A stretch of 64,000 bases of DNA from Bryobacteraceae bacterium. Lineage in GTDB: Bacteria; Acidobacteriota; Terriglobia; Bryobacterales; Bryobacteraceae. The position numbers were made by a program, and so were the translations under genes. The notes under the pieces were generated by a model. The model did not search any database, was not told where the DNA came from, and was given only the letters and a program-made list of their open reading frames with translations. Below, one piece after another: positions 26,767 through 37,904 of this stretch. The DNA is taken from NCBI GenBank assembly GCA_963825845.1, contig CAWGVL010000047.1:40416-104415 (forward strand), given 5' to 3'. Numbering within the stretch: the stretch's first letter is position 1; the number at the start of each line of letters is the position of its first letter.

Positions 26767-28504
26767 TTAAATACCGTCGCCGCCGAGACCACGCTCATCC
26801 GGCCGGACGAACCCCCGCGCCTCAAGGAGGCGTGTAATCTGCTCCATGGCTTCAGAGTCGTTGGACAAAAGCGTCTGCGGGTCGATGTCCACGAACTGTT
26901 CGGCGCCGACGAGTTGCCGCGCGCGATCGCGTTCAGCGCCCTGATCGGACGAAATCGTGCAGATGGTGATCAGCCCAGCTGCGCTGGACATCTTCGCGAG
27001 TTCGGGCAGCAAGTGGCTCTCAACATCATCGGCAAGGACGTGGACCATGCATCCCCGATCGAACAGTTCACGCTCGAGCAGGTAAGCCACATCAGTCCGG
27101 GCCGTCATCCAGATGGTGACCGGTCGATGTCCCGCGCGCTCCCAGCGTTCCGCTGCCGTCAACCGACTGCGCTCGAACTCCACTCCGGCGAGGACAGATT
27201 TACGGGAGGAGTCATCCCTAACAACTCGCTCGGCGATCATTCCGGCGCCGACGGTCAGATTCGTAACTGGATCGATCAGAATGAATGCGCCGGTTCCGCG
27301 ATTCCTCCGGTACGCATCGAAGAAGATCGGGCGATGGGTCTCAATCGAGACAACGCCGATCTCGTTTAATTCCAGCTTTGACGACTGAATTTTCGATAGA
27401 TCGTTGATATTGACTCGATGATGGAGATGACTGATATTCGCCCGGACCTGCTGCGACGTGTGTTTCAGCAGATACGGCCGGTCGACCTGCATAGGATCGG
27501 TCGCCATCCAGACTATCGTCGCTTCAAAACGTCGCGACACATGCGGCATGCGAGAGGGCCGGACCAACATGTCGCCCCGGCTGATGTCGATCTCATCATC
27601 CAGACAGACCGTTACCGATTGCGGCGCATAAGCTTCTTCCAGATCACCGTCGAATGTAACGATCGACTTCACACGACTCGTCCGACCAGACGGCAGCACC
27701 ATCACCCGATCGCCGCGCTTGATGACTCCCGAAGCAACCTGACCGGCGTACCCACGAAAATCAAGCGTTGGCCGGACAACATACTGTACAGGGAAACGCA
27801 TCTCTTCGCCGAACTGAAGCTGAATCGGAACGGTTTCAAGAATATGCAGCAGCGTGCCGCCGCGATACCACGGCGTTCGCGGACTGACGCTGACCACGTT
27901 ATCCCCCTCCAGCGCGCTGATGGGAATGAAATGGACGTTCGAAAGATTCAAATCGCGCGCGAATTCCTGGAAATCCGCACAGATGTTCGTGAATACCTCC
28001 TCGCTATAGTCAACAAGGTCCATTTTATTCACGGCAACAACAACGTGAGGGATCGCAAGCAGCGAAGCGATAAACGCATGCCGGCGAGACTGCGGCAGAA
28101 CACCTTTGCGCGCGTCGACTAGAACAATGGCAAGCTGCGCGGTAGATGCGCCCGTCGCCATGTTGCGCGTGTACTGCTCGTGGCCAGGTGTGTCGGCAAT
28201 GATGAATTTGCGTTTCGGAGTGGTGAAATACCTGTATGCGACATCGATCGTAATTCCCTGCTCGCGTTCGGCCTTTAAGCCGTCCGTGAGCAGCGAGAAA
28301 TCGATCGGGCCGGCCGGAACGATTCACCGACGCCTTTTTCACCGACGCCAGTTGATCTTCGTAGACACCTTTGGAATCGTAAAGCAAACGGCCAATCAGT
28401 GTGGATTTTCCATCGTCCACACTTCCGGCGGTGGTGAATCGAAGAAGTTCTTTGTGCTGCTCCTGCTCGAGGAACTCGTCGATCGCGGATTGTGCTGCGG
28501 CCAT
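26767..28504 (-). pseudogene. cysN: sulfate adenylyltransferase subunit 1 (CysN GTPase) with degenerate APS-kinase-like C-terminal domain; one frame break near 28310
   Basis: ORF 28025-28504 reads [32 protein letters not shown]. After ccggccggccc, the frame of ORF 26767-28161 reads [55 protein letters not shown]...NKMDL. Confidence 0.9.
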
Positions 28505-29432
28505 TTAGAAATAACCCTCGCGCTTCTTCAGCTCCATCGAGCCTTCCTGATCGTGGTCGATGATGCGATTTTCGCGTTCGGAGCGGCGCATGAGAAACAG
28601 TTCTTCGATAATCTTCGGGAGCGTGTCCGCAGCGGAACGAATTGCGCCCGTACAAGGCGTGCATCCGAGCGACCGCATGCGGGACATCACCATCTTGGGC
28701 TTCTTCACCCGGCAGAAGCGGTGGGTCGTGCTCGATGGGCAGCAGCGACTCGCCGCGAACGACCATCGGGCGTTCCTTCGCAAAATACAGCGGAACAATC
28801 GGAATGTTCTCGAGGTGGATGTACTGCCACACATCCAGTTCCGTCCAGTTGGAGAGCGGAAACACTCGGATCGTCTCGCCTTTGTCGATTCGCGCGTTAT
28901 AGATGTTCCACAATTCGGGACGCTGGTTTTTCGGATCCCATTGTCCGTAGGCGTCACGGAACGAATAGATTCGCTCTTTCGCGCGGGACTTCTCTTCATC
29001 GCGCCTGGCTCCGCCAAACGCCGCGTCAAAACCGTACTTCCCCAATCCATCCAGCAGCGCCCGCGTCTTGAGGAAGCCGCAGCACTTCTGAGTACCAAGC
29101 TTGTAGGGGTTGGCTCCGTCCGCTATCGCCTCCTCATTCCTGTACACCAGCAGGTTCGCTCCGATCGACCCAGGATACTGGTCTCGGAACTCAATCATTT
29201 CGCGGAACTTGAAGCTCGTATCGATATGCAGGAGAGGGAACGGGATCGGGCCGGGATAGAAGGCTTTCTGGGCCAGACGCAGCATCACCGACGAGTCTTT
29301 GCCAATAGAGTACAGCATCACCGGTTTTGCGAACTCGGCAGCTACTTCACGGATGATATGAATACTTTCCGCTTCGAGAGCGCGTAAGTGAGTCAGGGTG
29401 CGGGAAGAGATGGCTTCGGCTACGGCGCTCAT
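28505..29432 (-). pseudogene. cysD: sulfate adenylyltransferase subunit 2; one frame break near 28700-28712
   Basis: ORF 28275-29432 reads [35 protein letters not shown]...[33 protein letters not shown]...LLPGEE. The frame of ORF 28505-29098 continues [23 protein letters not shown]...[11 protein letters not shown]-stop. The TAA is directly followed by the cysN ATG. Confidence 0.9.
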
Positions 29433-29462
29433 GCTACACAGTGGTACTAGCAGCAGGATACC

Positions 29463-31085
29463 ATGCGAATCTGGAAGAAGTCTATCGGGATAGGGGTCAT
29501 ACTCGGTTTAGTTGCTGTCGGGATTACAGTTGCACAAAGTCACCTGATATCTGGAGACCGCGTCAAAGCTCACGTTCGATACCTTTCGAGCGACCTCCTG
29601 GAAGGCAGGGGCGTTGGCACAAGAGGCGGCCAACTCGCCGAAGAGTACCTCGCGGCGCAGTTAGCTGTCTTCGGAGCCAAACCAGCCGGCGAGAACGGAA
29701 CGTATTTCCAGAGAGTTCCTCTCGTCGGTGTCGAAACATCACCCTCCTCTGAACTATCTGCCATCCGCGATGGTAAAGCCGTCAACTTCAAGTGGCAGGA
29801 CGACTTCGTGGGGACGACTCATCAACAGCAGGCAAACGTAGCCTTCGATGCCGAGGCGATCTTTCTCGGCCACGGAATCATAAACGAACAGGAAAAGTGG
29901 GACGACTACAAAGGAACTGACGTAAAGGGAAAAGTCGTGGTGGTCTTTACGAATGAGCCGCAACCGGAGAACCCTGATGTTTTTAAGGGCCGGGCACTAA
30001 CCTATGCCGGACGCTGGGTCTACAAATTTGAAGAGGCGGCACGGCAGGGCGCCCTCGGGTGTCTGATTATCCACACGACACCCACCGCCGGCTACGGCTG
30101 GGAAGTCGTTCGCAATTCGTGGAGCAAGGAAGATCCTCAGATGCTCTTGGAGCCGGGTCAGAAACCGCTCGCGTTTGCGGGCTGGGTGACACAGGCGGCC
30201 GGCGAGAAACTTCTCGGGTTGTCGAAGCGTACCGTTGACGAACTCCTGCGAGCGGCCGATTCGCGCGATTTCCGCCCCATCCCACTCGGCGTGACCTTGA
30301 AAGGGAATCTGACAGCCAAGATCCGCAAAATCGAAAGTCGAAACGTCCTTGGCATACTACGGGGTAGCGACCCCAAACTGCGCAATGAGCATGTGATGTA
30401 TAGCGCGCATTGGGATCACCTAGGGATGGCCCTGCCGGTCAACGGTGATGCCATCTACAACGGCGCGATCGATAACGCGACCGGCGTTGGCGTCGTCCTC
30501 GACACCGCCCGAGCATTCGGAGCATTGCGGGAGATGCCCCGCCGGTCGGTCCTATTTGCGTTCTGGACCGCAGAGGAGAGCGGTCTCCGAGGAGCCGAGT
30601 ACTACTCGCATCACCCTGTGTTCGCGCCCGCAACAACGGCCGTCAACCTCAACTACGACGCCCTGTTTCCATCCGCGCGGACACGCGACGTCGTCGTCAG
30701 CGGCGCGGAACGGACAAGCACCTGGACGATGGTTCAGGAGGCGGCGCGCCAGCATGAATTCGAAATTGCCCCAGACCCGCGTCCCGAGCAGGGAAGCTAT
30801 TACCGATCCGATCACTTCATGCTGGCTCGAATCGGTATACCCGCGTTCAAGATCGGCCTCGGCACGAAGATCTATGGCAAGCCGGACAATCTTGCCGATA
30901 GCGAGTTCGTCGACTACAACACGAAACGGTACCACCAACCCGGAGACGAGTTCCGGGATGACTGGGATTTCACGAGTCTCGAACACATCGGACGCTTCGG
31001 ATTTACGCTTGGGTTGAACATCGCGAATCAGGAATCTTTGCCGCGTTGGAATCCGGGCGATGAGTTTGCTGTCGCGGGCCGTTAA
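29463..31085 (+). CDS. secreted M28-family aminopeptidase with protease-associated (PA) insert
   Basis: Signal/TM segment [24 protein letters not shown]. Metal ligand blocks: [57 protein letters not shown]. Confidence 0.75.
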   Translation: MRIWKKSIGIGVILGLVAVGITVAQSHLISGDRVKAHVRYLSSDLLEGRGVGTRGGQLAEEYLAAQLAVFGAKPAGENGTYFQRVPLVGVETSPSSELSAIRDGKAVNFKWQDDFVGTTHQQQANVAFDAEAIFLGHGIINEQEKWDDYKGTDVKGKVVVVFTNEPQPENPDVFKGRALTYAGRWVYKFEEAARQGALGCLIIHTTPTAGYGWEVVRNSWSKEDPQMLLEPGQKPLAFAGWVTQAAGEKLLGLSKRTVDELLRAADSRDFRPIPLGVTLKGNLTAKIRKIESRNVLGILRGSDPKLRNEHVMYSAHWDHLGMALPVNGDAIYNGAIDNATGVGVVLDTARAFGALREMPRRSVLFAFWTAEESGLRGAEYYSHHPVFAPATTAVNLNYDALFPSARTRDVVVSGAERTSTWTMVQEAARQHEFEIAPDPRPEQGSYYRSDHFMLARIGIPAFKIGLGTKIYGKPDNLADSEFVDYNTKRYHQPGDEFRDDWDFTSLEHIGRFGFTLGLNIANQESLPRWNPGDEFAVAGR

Positions 31086-31106
31086 TGCAGTCTAAGATGA
31101 CGAAGT

Positions 31107-32465
31107 CTAATGTGCCGGCCGGAGTATCATCTTCACTCCGTGTCGCGTTCGAAGCGTAATCTGCGGATGGGGCTCGATAATCTGGTTCGGGACAAGATTG
31201 AATTTCCAGCGCTGTGCGATCGTCGCCAACAGGAGCACGCCTTCCATCCAGGCAAACCGCTCCCCTATGCAGACCCTCGGTCCTCCGCCGAATGGGAAGT
31301 ACGCGAACTTGGGGCGGCTCTGCTTCGCTTCCGGGCTGAAGCGCTCGGGATCAAAGCGCTCCGGATTGGGATAGTAACGGGGATGCCGCTGCATCACGTA
31401 CGGGCTAAGCAGGCAGATCGCCCCATGCGGCACCTGGTAGTTATAGATGCGAGTATCATTCAGGACCATGCGACCCACCGCCCACGCGGGCGGATACAAT
31501 CTCAGCGTTTCGGCGAAGACCTTCTCGGTGTATGACAGATTCGGCAAATCTTCATAGGTTGGGAGGCGGTTCCCGAGCAACGCATCGATCTCGGTCCGCA
31601 ATTTCTCCTCGACTTCAGGATTCTGCGAAAGAGCGTACCAGGTCCAGGTAAGAGCCGTCGCTGTCGTCTCATGTCCGGCAAGGAACAAGGTCAAAGCTTC
31701 GTCACGGACCTGCCGGTCGGTCATGCCGCCCGATCCCTGTTCGTCCACGGACATCAGGAGCATGGACAACAGATCACCTTGGTCAATACCGCTCGCGCGA
31801 CGTTCCGAGATCATGTTGTAGATCGTTTTATCCAGGAACTTTCGAGCGCGTTTCGCTCTCCGGAGCTTGGGCAGAGGCAGCCGTTGGATCACGCGCTGAA
31901 TGGCAGCATCATGGTACCAAACGTACCCAGCACGTCGGTCAAGCGCGCGCCCTATATCCTTTGCGTCCTTTTCTACATCCTTGCTAAATAATGTGCGGCC
32001 AACAATCGCGAGCGTAACTCGCATCATCTCCTCGGCCATATCCCGAGTCTCACCCGGTCTCCATCGATCCGTAATGTCGCGCGCAGAAGATGCCATGGTA
32101 GCCGCGTACGAGACCAGCCGATCGCGATAAAAGGCGGGCTGAACCAGACGCCGCTGCCGGAGGTGAAATTCTCCTTCGCTGGTAAGGAGCCCCTCGCCGA
32201 GCAGCACCTTGGCTCGTTGGAGCATCCGGCTTTTTATGAAATTCCGGTGGTACGTGACCAGGACATCCTGAATGAAGTCGGGCCGGTTCAGCAGGTACAT
32301 ATGCTGCCGGCCGATTTTGAAATAGGCGATGTCACCGTACTCGCGCGCGACATCAAGGAGAAAATCGGCAGGGCGACGCCGGAACTCAGGTAGTAAACCG
32401 ATAATGGGGCGACCAGCGGGTCCAGGCGGACGTCCGAGGGTGTTACGGAGCGCCACGCTGTCCAC
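31107..32465 (-). CDS. cytochrome P450
   Basis: PPGPAGRPIIGLLPEF near the N-terminus. AGHETTA (I-helix), ETLRLYPP (ExxR), and the heme loop FPFGGGPRVCIGERFA. Confidence 0.9.
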   Translation of the reverse strand: MDSVALRNTLGRPPGPAGRPIIGLLPEFRRRPADFLLDVAREYGDIAYFKIGRQHMYLLNRPDFIQDVLVTYHRNFIKSRMLQRAKVLLGEGLLTSEGEFHLRQRRLVQPAFYRDRLVSYAATMASSARDITDRWRPGETRDMAEEMMRVTLAIVGRTLFSKDVEKDAKDIGRALDRRAGYVWYHDAAIQRVIQRLPLPKLRRAKRARKFLDKTIYNMISERRASGIDQGDLLSMLLMSVDEQGSGGMTDRQVRDEALTLFLAGHETTATALTWTWYALSQNPEVEEKLRTEIDALLGNRLPTYEDLPNLSYTEKVFAETLRLYPPAWAVGRMVLNDTRIYNYQVPHGAICLLSPYVMQRHPRYYPNPERFDPERFSPEAKQSRPKFAYFPFGGGPRVCIGERFAWMEGVLLLATIAQRWKFNLVPNQIIEPHPQITLRTRHGVKMILRPAH

Positions 32466-32649
32466 TTGACGGAATCGGTTTGGACGGGCGCTGGTCGTCC
32501 TTCCGCTTACTCAGACAATCGGGACACAAACACGAGACTTTCGTGCAGGTCGGTACTGCCAGCGTCGGAGTCTGACGGAAGCACCAACATGCTGCCTCAG
32601 GCGTGCATTCAAACGACGCTCCGCATTCCGGACAGATAACGTCAGCCAT
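32443..32649 (-). CDS. small cysteine-rich CWC-type protein
   Basis: 68 aa: MADVICPECGASFECTPEAACWCFRQ...CLCPDCL. The ATG overlaps the ispF stop by 1 nt. Its 3' end overlaps the P450 start by 23 nt. Confidence 0.5.
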   Translation of the reverse strand: MADVICPECGASFECTPEAACWCFRQTPTLAVPTCTKVSCLCPDCLSKRKDDQRPSKPIPSSGQRGAP

Positions 32650-33128
32650 CAGTCCCGGACCAACGTAACGATCGCTTGAGCTTCGGCTGATCGGCCTTCT
32701 CCGACGGGTCCCACCTCCTCGCTGGTCTTGAACTTAACAGAGATGCGATCGAGCGGTTCACCCAGCTGCTGAGCCAGAGTCTCGCGAATCGTGACACGGT
32801 AATCCTTCAGCTTCGGACGCTCCAGGATCACAGTGGAATCAACATTCGAGATGCGGTATCCCGCGGCCTTCGCAAGCTCACAGGCATGCCGCAGAAATTG
32901 CAGGCTGTCAGCTCCTTTCCAACGGGCATCGGTATCGGGGAAATGCATTCCGATGTCGCCGAGCCCGGCAGCTCCTAGGATCGCGTCCGTGATCGCATGC
33001 GCAAGCACGTCAGCGTCCGAGTGTCCTTCCAGGCCGATCTCCGATTGAATTCGGACACCTCCGAGGATCAATGGCCTGCCAGGCGCAATCCTGTGATTGT
33101 CCCAACCCAGTCCCGTGCGGATGTCCAC
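32649..33128 (-). CDS. ispF: 2-C-methyl-D-erythritol 2,4-cyclodiphosphate synthase
   Basis: GLGWDNHRIAPGRPLILGGVRIQSEIGLEGHSDADVLAHAITDAILGAAGLGDIGMHFPDTD, 159 aa. Confidence 0.93.
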   Translation of the reverse strand: MDIRTGLGWDNHRIAPGRPLILGGVRIQSEIGLEGHSDADVLAHAITDAILGAAGLGDIGMHFPDTDARWKGADSLQFLRHACELAKAAGYRISNVDSTVILERPKLKDYRVTIRETLAQQLGEPLDRISVKFKTSEEVGPVGEGRSAEAQAIVTLVRD

Positions 33129-33129
33129 G

Positions 33130-33855
33130 TCAGGATGCCTTGCGTTCTGCGATCTCGAGAGAATGAAACAGCCGCGCCAACTCCATATCAGTTGGGCGGG
33201 TAATCTTGATGTTGCGTTCGCTGCCCGGAACTACGCTGACTTCAACCTGTTCCAGCCGCTCCACCAAACTTGACTCGTCGGTGCCGATGAAGCCGTCTTC
33301 GCGGGCTTTCGCGAACGCTTGTTGAATGAGATCGTAACGGAAAACTTGGGGCGTCTGCGTAAGAATGAGCCGTTCTCGCGTCAGGGTCTGCCGAATCTTA
33401 TTAAGATGCACGAGCTTGACTGTATCGACAGGGACGATGCCGACGATAGCGGCCCCGGTGGCCTCCGCCTCTCGAATCACTCGTTCGATCGTCGGGACAT
33501 CGATGAACGGTCGAACGGCGTCATGGACCGCGACTAGATCGATGTCAGGCGCGAGACTTGCGAGTGCGTTCTCGACCGACTGCTGTCTGGATTCACCGCC
33601 CTCGACAACCCGGATTGGCTTCGATTGCGGCTCGGCCGCGACCAGGTCAGCCGCCCAAGCCCGGTCTTCCGGCCGGATCGCGATTACGATTTCCGAGATG
33701 AGCGAGCATGCCACGAACTTCCGAACCGTGTGAACCAGAATCGGAAGATTGTCCAGAAGCATGAACTGCTTCCGACTGGTACCCGCTTTCTCCGGTTGCA
33801 GGCGTCCCATGCGGGTGCCGAGCCCGGCGGCAGGTAGAATGACAGAAACTTTCAT
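33130..33855 (-). CDS. ispD: 2-C-methyl-D-erythritol 4-phosphate cytidylyltransferase
   Basis: VILPAAGLGTRMG...KQFMLL...VAVHDAVRPF...TQTPQVFRYDLI, 241 aa, ending 1 nt before ispF. Confidence 0.9.
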   Translation of the reverse strand: MKVSVILPAAGLGTRMGRLQPEKAGTSRKQFMLLDNLPILVHTVRKFVACSLISEIVIAIRPEDRAWAADLVAAEPQSKPIRVVEGGESRQQSVENALASLAPDIDLVAVHDAVRPFIDVPTIERVIREAEATGAAIVGIVPVDTVKLVHLNKIRQTLTRERLILTQTPQVFRYDLIQQAFAKAREDGFIGTDESSLVERLEQVEVSVVPGSERNIKITRPTDMELARLFHSLEIAERKAS

Positions 33856-33891
33856 GACCGGACCTTCATTCTACCGCAGTAAAATGTGAGG

Positions 33892-34961
33892 CTTACGGCT
33901 GGGGCGCTACAGCGCTGGTTTCGCGCTGCTTGCGATCATCGGCCTGCGGCTTTTCGTAAATCGCGTGCATACGGTCATCGAACTTGCCGAAAATCATCTT
34001 GCCGGCCGTGGTCTGGAGAAACGCTCGTGACCGAAATATCGATCGTCTTCGAGATCAGGCGGCGCGCGTTGTCCACAACAACCATGGTCCCGTCGTCCAG
34101 GTACGCGACGCCCTGATTGTATTCTTTGCCTTCTTTAAGGACGAAGACACGCATGATCTCGCCAGGCAACACGATAGGCTTCAACGCGTTCGCAAGCTCG
34201 TTAATATTCAGCACCGTCACGCCGTGTAACTGCGCAACCTTGTTTAGGTTGAAGTCGTTCGTCATGACCTTGCATTTATGGAGTTTGCCGAGTTCGACAA
34301 GCTTCATGTCGACATCTCGGATGTGAGCGAAATCTTCTTCGAGAATTGCCACGGCGATGTGGGGCATTTTTTGCAGCCTTTGAAGAACATCGAGGCCGCG
34401 ACGCCCGCGATTGCGCTTCAACGAGTCCGCTGAATCTGCTACCAACTGGAGTTCTCTCAAGACGAATTGAGGAATAGCCAGCCCGCCATCGATAAAGCCG
34501 GTTTCGGCGATGTCAGCTATGCGACCGTCGATGATGACACTCGTGTCGAGAATATGAAATTTCGAGCTGGGCAGGTCGGTGACAACAACCGGAGGAGCGC
34601 CGACGCTGAAACTCAGCAATTCGCCGCGAGCGCCGCCCAGAGTCAGCCCGAGGAAACCACCTAGAATCAGCAACGATATCTGCACGAACGGCGCAATTTC
34701 AGATCCTGGCCGCGCGGCTGAGCCGATGATCATTGACGCAAGCAGAGCTATGGCAACGCCGATCAGAGATCCACAAGCTGCGCCGATCAACTGTTTCGCT
34801 GTTGCGTGCCGAAGTCTCCATTCGATTATTACTATGATTAGCCCGCATGCCGCGCCGAGACAGGCTGAGATTACGGGATCGAGTTGAAAGGGACGAAAAT
34901 AGTAACCGACCGCACCTAAGAGAAGGACGGCCAGCACTCGGAGGATTTGTAGGTCAATCAC
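33892..34961 (-). pseudogene. PIN and TRAM domain membrane protein (YacL-like); one frame break at 34019-34021
   Basis: ORF 33975-34961 has four TM segments, then a PIN domain (HILDTSVIIDGRI...) and a TRAM domain (...GVAYLDDGTMVVVDNARRLISKTIDISVTSV). Removing one T from gtttctcc continues LQTTAGKMIFGKFDDRMH...APQP-stop (TAA 33892-33894). Confidence 0.75.
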
Positions 34962-35133
34962 GGAGCCCCCCTGCCGGGAATCGCTCGGCCTGCACGCACG
35001 GAAATGCGGGCAAAATATTAAACGATTTTATCGCCGGCGACAGCAGGACTGCAATTATACAAGAAAAGCGGGAAGCGGGTTGCGATAAAGCGGAAGTACC
35101 GATTGGGGGAGGCGGTGGAAGAGCGGGCCTGGC

Positions 35134-35559
35134 TTAGAGCGCCTTGGCCAGCTCTTCCGCGAACGCGCTCTGTGGAGCTGTCGGTCGCTTGTGCTTCTTG
35201 CCACCCCGGCGATTCCGGTCGAAAGCTGCGCCAGCAGGAGCACCGGCAGCGGGAGCCTGTTGTTGCTGCGAACCACGAACGCCTTCGACGGCTTTCTGGT
35301 TCTTGGACTTGGGCGGCTGGGCTGGATTGGCGCGGAGCAAACGGTCTTCGAGGGGAGCGCGATCGAAGCGGCGGATGATCGCGTTCATTTCTTCTGCGTT
35401 GGGGGCGTCGATGAAAGCGAAGCCTTTGGATTCCTGAGTTTCGGGATTGCGGATGACCTTGACAGCGTCGGACACCAGACCTTCGGCGGTGAGCCAGGAC
35501 CTGATATCGTCCGCGGTCACCCAGACCGGGAGGTTTCCGAGAAATACGGTAAAGCTCAT
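35134..35559 (-). CDS. RRM-type RNA-binding protein with Gln/Ala/basic C-terminal tail
   Basis: RNP2 TVFLGNL and RNP1 KGFAFIDA. 141 aa. Tail: QQQQAPAAGAPAGAAFDRNRRGGKKHKR. Confidence 0.8.
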   Translation of the reverse strand: MSFTVFLGNLPVWVTADDIRSWLTAEGLVSDAVKVIRNPETQESKGFAFIDAPNAEEMNAIIRRFDRAPLEDRLLRANPAQPPKSKNQKAVEGVRGSQQQQAPAAGAPAGAAFDRNRRGGKKHKRPTAPQSAFAEELAKAL

Positions 35560-35725
35560 TCTTATTGTTGTTTTCTACTCCGTGGGGATTGACTTCGGGA
35601 CCGGGTTGGAGGCGCAGCCCATGAAAGCATCTCTATACTAACACATCACTTGCGGCGTGGAAAGAGACCTTTGAGGAATGCAGAAATGGCCGCATGTTGG
35701 TACAATGGCGAAAGCCCGCAAACAC

Positions 35726-35815
35726 GGTGAGGTGCGAGAGTGGTTGAATCGGGCGGTCTCGAAAACCGTTGAACCTTCACGGGTTCCGTGGGTTCGAATC
35801 CCACCCTCACCGCCA
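35726..35815 (+). tRNA. tRNA-Ser (anticodon CGA), CCA encoded
   Basis: Acceptor GGTGAGG/CCTCACC. Anticodon arm GCGGT-CTCGAAA-ACCGT (T33, CGA, A37). Long variable arm. T arm GTGGG-TTCGAAT-CCCAC. Ends GCCA. An extended -10-like TGGTACAAT sits at 35698-35706. Confidence 0.9.
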
Positions 35816-35897
35816 TTTTAGAATCAGTCTTTTACGCGGAAAGCCCCGCAAACCTCGAGCAATTTTGGGTAATGCCTCCGGTATGATCGGGCCGTTT

Positions 35898-36951
35898 ATG
35901 GCACTCAATCTTATACCGCAGTCATCGTTGCCATTGCGTTGGCGGCCGAGCGCTGCACCGATGACGTACGAAGCCGATGAGCTTCGCCGCAGTTCGAAAA
36001 CCGCAGCTGTCCTATATACACGTCCGGCACACTGGGCGGACGATTCAAGCGGAAGAATACGGAACGAGCGAAATGGGACGAAGCTAAGTCCATCGTGAGG
36101 GCGTGGGAAGAAGCTTGTTCCTGGGGCGGCTCGGTCAAAGTGGAGACATCGGGTCCAGCAGCACCCACTGCCATCGCCCAGCCTGCGGCACGCATTACCA
36201 TCGTCGATGCAATGGCTGCCTTCCTTGCGATCCGTGAAGGTCGAAAATTGCACCGTCGACATTACGGAAGTACCGGACTTTCTGTAGACAGCTGCGGGCC
36301 TTGCAGATGATAGGGGCTACATCATGTTGGACGAGTTTAGCGCTGCGGACGTTGACGGCTTCTATTCCCGATGGCAGCTTGGTCCCCGCGCGAAGGGCAA
36401 AGCTCCGGGTACCCTGCGGGCGTTCTCCCGGTTCGCAGTCGCGCGCGAGTGGTTGATCAAGAATTCGGTGACCAGTGACCCGAAGCCTCCCCTTGGTGCC
36501 AATCCTGTGGCCAACGAATTCCCGTTCACGGATGAAGAACTCGATCGCATCTACGGGCGTGCGATCGGATCCGGGCTACCGAGTGGACGAACGGCCACAC
36601 AACCGGTATCTGGACCGGAGAAGACGTAAAGGACTTCATCTACTTGTCGGCGCAGACGGGTCTGCGGATTTCGGACGCGACCGTCGTTTTACCAGCGGGG
36701 ATTCAGACAGGCTGGAAACCGTGACCGACCCTTGGCGCAGACGACTAAACAAGGTGTTTGCTCCGGGCCGGGAATTTCGCCCAGACTCCCACGCCCCACC
36801 GATTCCGTCATACGTTTGCGCGCGTTCTGGTTCAGCGTGGCGTGCCCGTTTCGGATGTCGCGGATCCACCGGGCGACGACGAGGTGACCGTGCGCGAGTA
36901 TCATGCACGCTGGTATCTGAACGGCAGGCCCGGTTGACCACCATCCTGTGA
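35898..36951 (+). pseudogene. tyrosine-recombinase (phage-type) integrase remnant: several frame breaks plus internal deletion
   Basis: Pieces lie in at least 4 frames: MALNL...MTYEADELRRS; KWDEAKSIVRAWEEA; ITIVDAMAAFLAIREGRK; MLDEFSAADVDGFYSRWQLGPRAKGKA..LRAFSRFAVAREWL; GEDVKDFIYLSAQTGLRISDA; HRFRHTFARVLVQRGVPVSDV; RQARLTTIL-stop. Only ~40 codons separate LRISDA from HRFRH, which is too short. Confidence 0.7.
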
Positions 36952-37257
36952 GAGGCGTTCGACGGAGATCCTAAACCGAGGTTGTTGGTCTCGCACCGCA
37001 AGCGCGTATAAGCCCAGCAATCCCGTTTTTTAGCGAGGCACATTGGATAGATCCGCTGATTTTGTTCGAGGGCTATAAGCTCTGCGGAGCGGAGCATAAC
37101 GACAGTCGGTATCGGTAGATGATCACGCGTACACAACTCACCCTCGTGTAGAGCACTGCCGCCCCGTTTCGGTGTGTTGACACATGTGAGGATGCACTCC
37201 CTTCAAAATCAAAACGGCTCATTTCGGCTCGTTTTTATTTACGTGCGGCCGCCGAGT

Positions 37258-37900
37258 TCACCGGCCGAGAGAACTATACAACGCCCTCGCGCGCGGATGG
37301 GTGTTTGCGACGCGCCGGAAAGAGAGAATGGTCGGGTCGCTGTAAGACGTGTTAGTAGTCCCAAGACTCGTGTCGGAGTGGCAGTGGTTAAGCATTTGGC
37401 GAACCGCCACCTGGGCATAAATCGGTCCATTAGCGCTATGAACCGAGCGTTGTGTGGTCGGCGCCAGCAGGTGCACCATCTCATGAACAATGATGTATTC
37501 GAGGCATTCCGGTGGCTTCTTCGCCAGTTCCGTGTTCAGGCGAATCGTGCCTGCACGGTCGTTGCAACTCCCCCATTTGGTTTTCATTCGCTGGACGAAG
37601 AATCGCTCAACTCTCACTCCCATTCTTGGCGCCTAGCGGGCGATCATAGATGAAATCGTCTCCTTGAGCAGTCGGCGATACCACTCGTCAACAACCGCCT
37701 GTCTCGCCTCTTCGCTCGTTCCGGGACGCACCCGCAGTATCAGCTTTCCCTGTTTGAGCTCGACCATGGCGGAGCATCAACCTCGATAACCCTGAGCACG
37801 CACCGCTTACCAGAGATGTAGTGGCTCTCGCGGTCGAGATACTCGCGGGTCGCCTCACGTTCCTGCTCCCGGAGCTTTTTCTGTTGCTGCCTTATCCGGG
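37258..37900 (-). pseudogene. DUF45 / YgjP-like M48-type metallopeptidase remnant (in-frame TAG plus frame breaks)
   Basis: MVELKQGKLILRVRPGTSEEARQAVVDEWYRRLLKETISSMIAR-TAG(37633-37635)-APRMGVRVERFFVQRMKTKWGSCN...ECLEYIIVHEMVHLL (HExxH). HNARFIALMDRFMPRW follows in another frame. The upstream piece ESHYISGKRCVLRVIEV is in a third frame. Confidence 0.65.
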
Positions 37901-37904
37901 GAGT

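Noticed and set aside
35661-35706. A full sigma-70 promoter for tRNA-Ser.
   Set aside because: Only an extended -10-like TGGTACAAT is present. The best -35-like hexamer (TTGAGG, 35671-35676) is 24 nt away. It is therefore noted in the tRNA evidence and not called as a feature.
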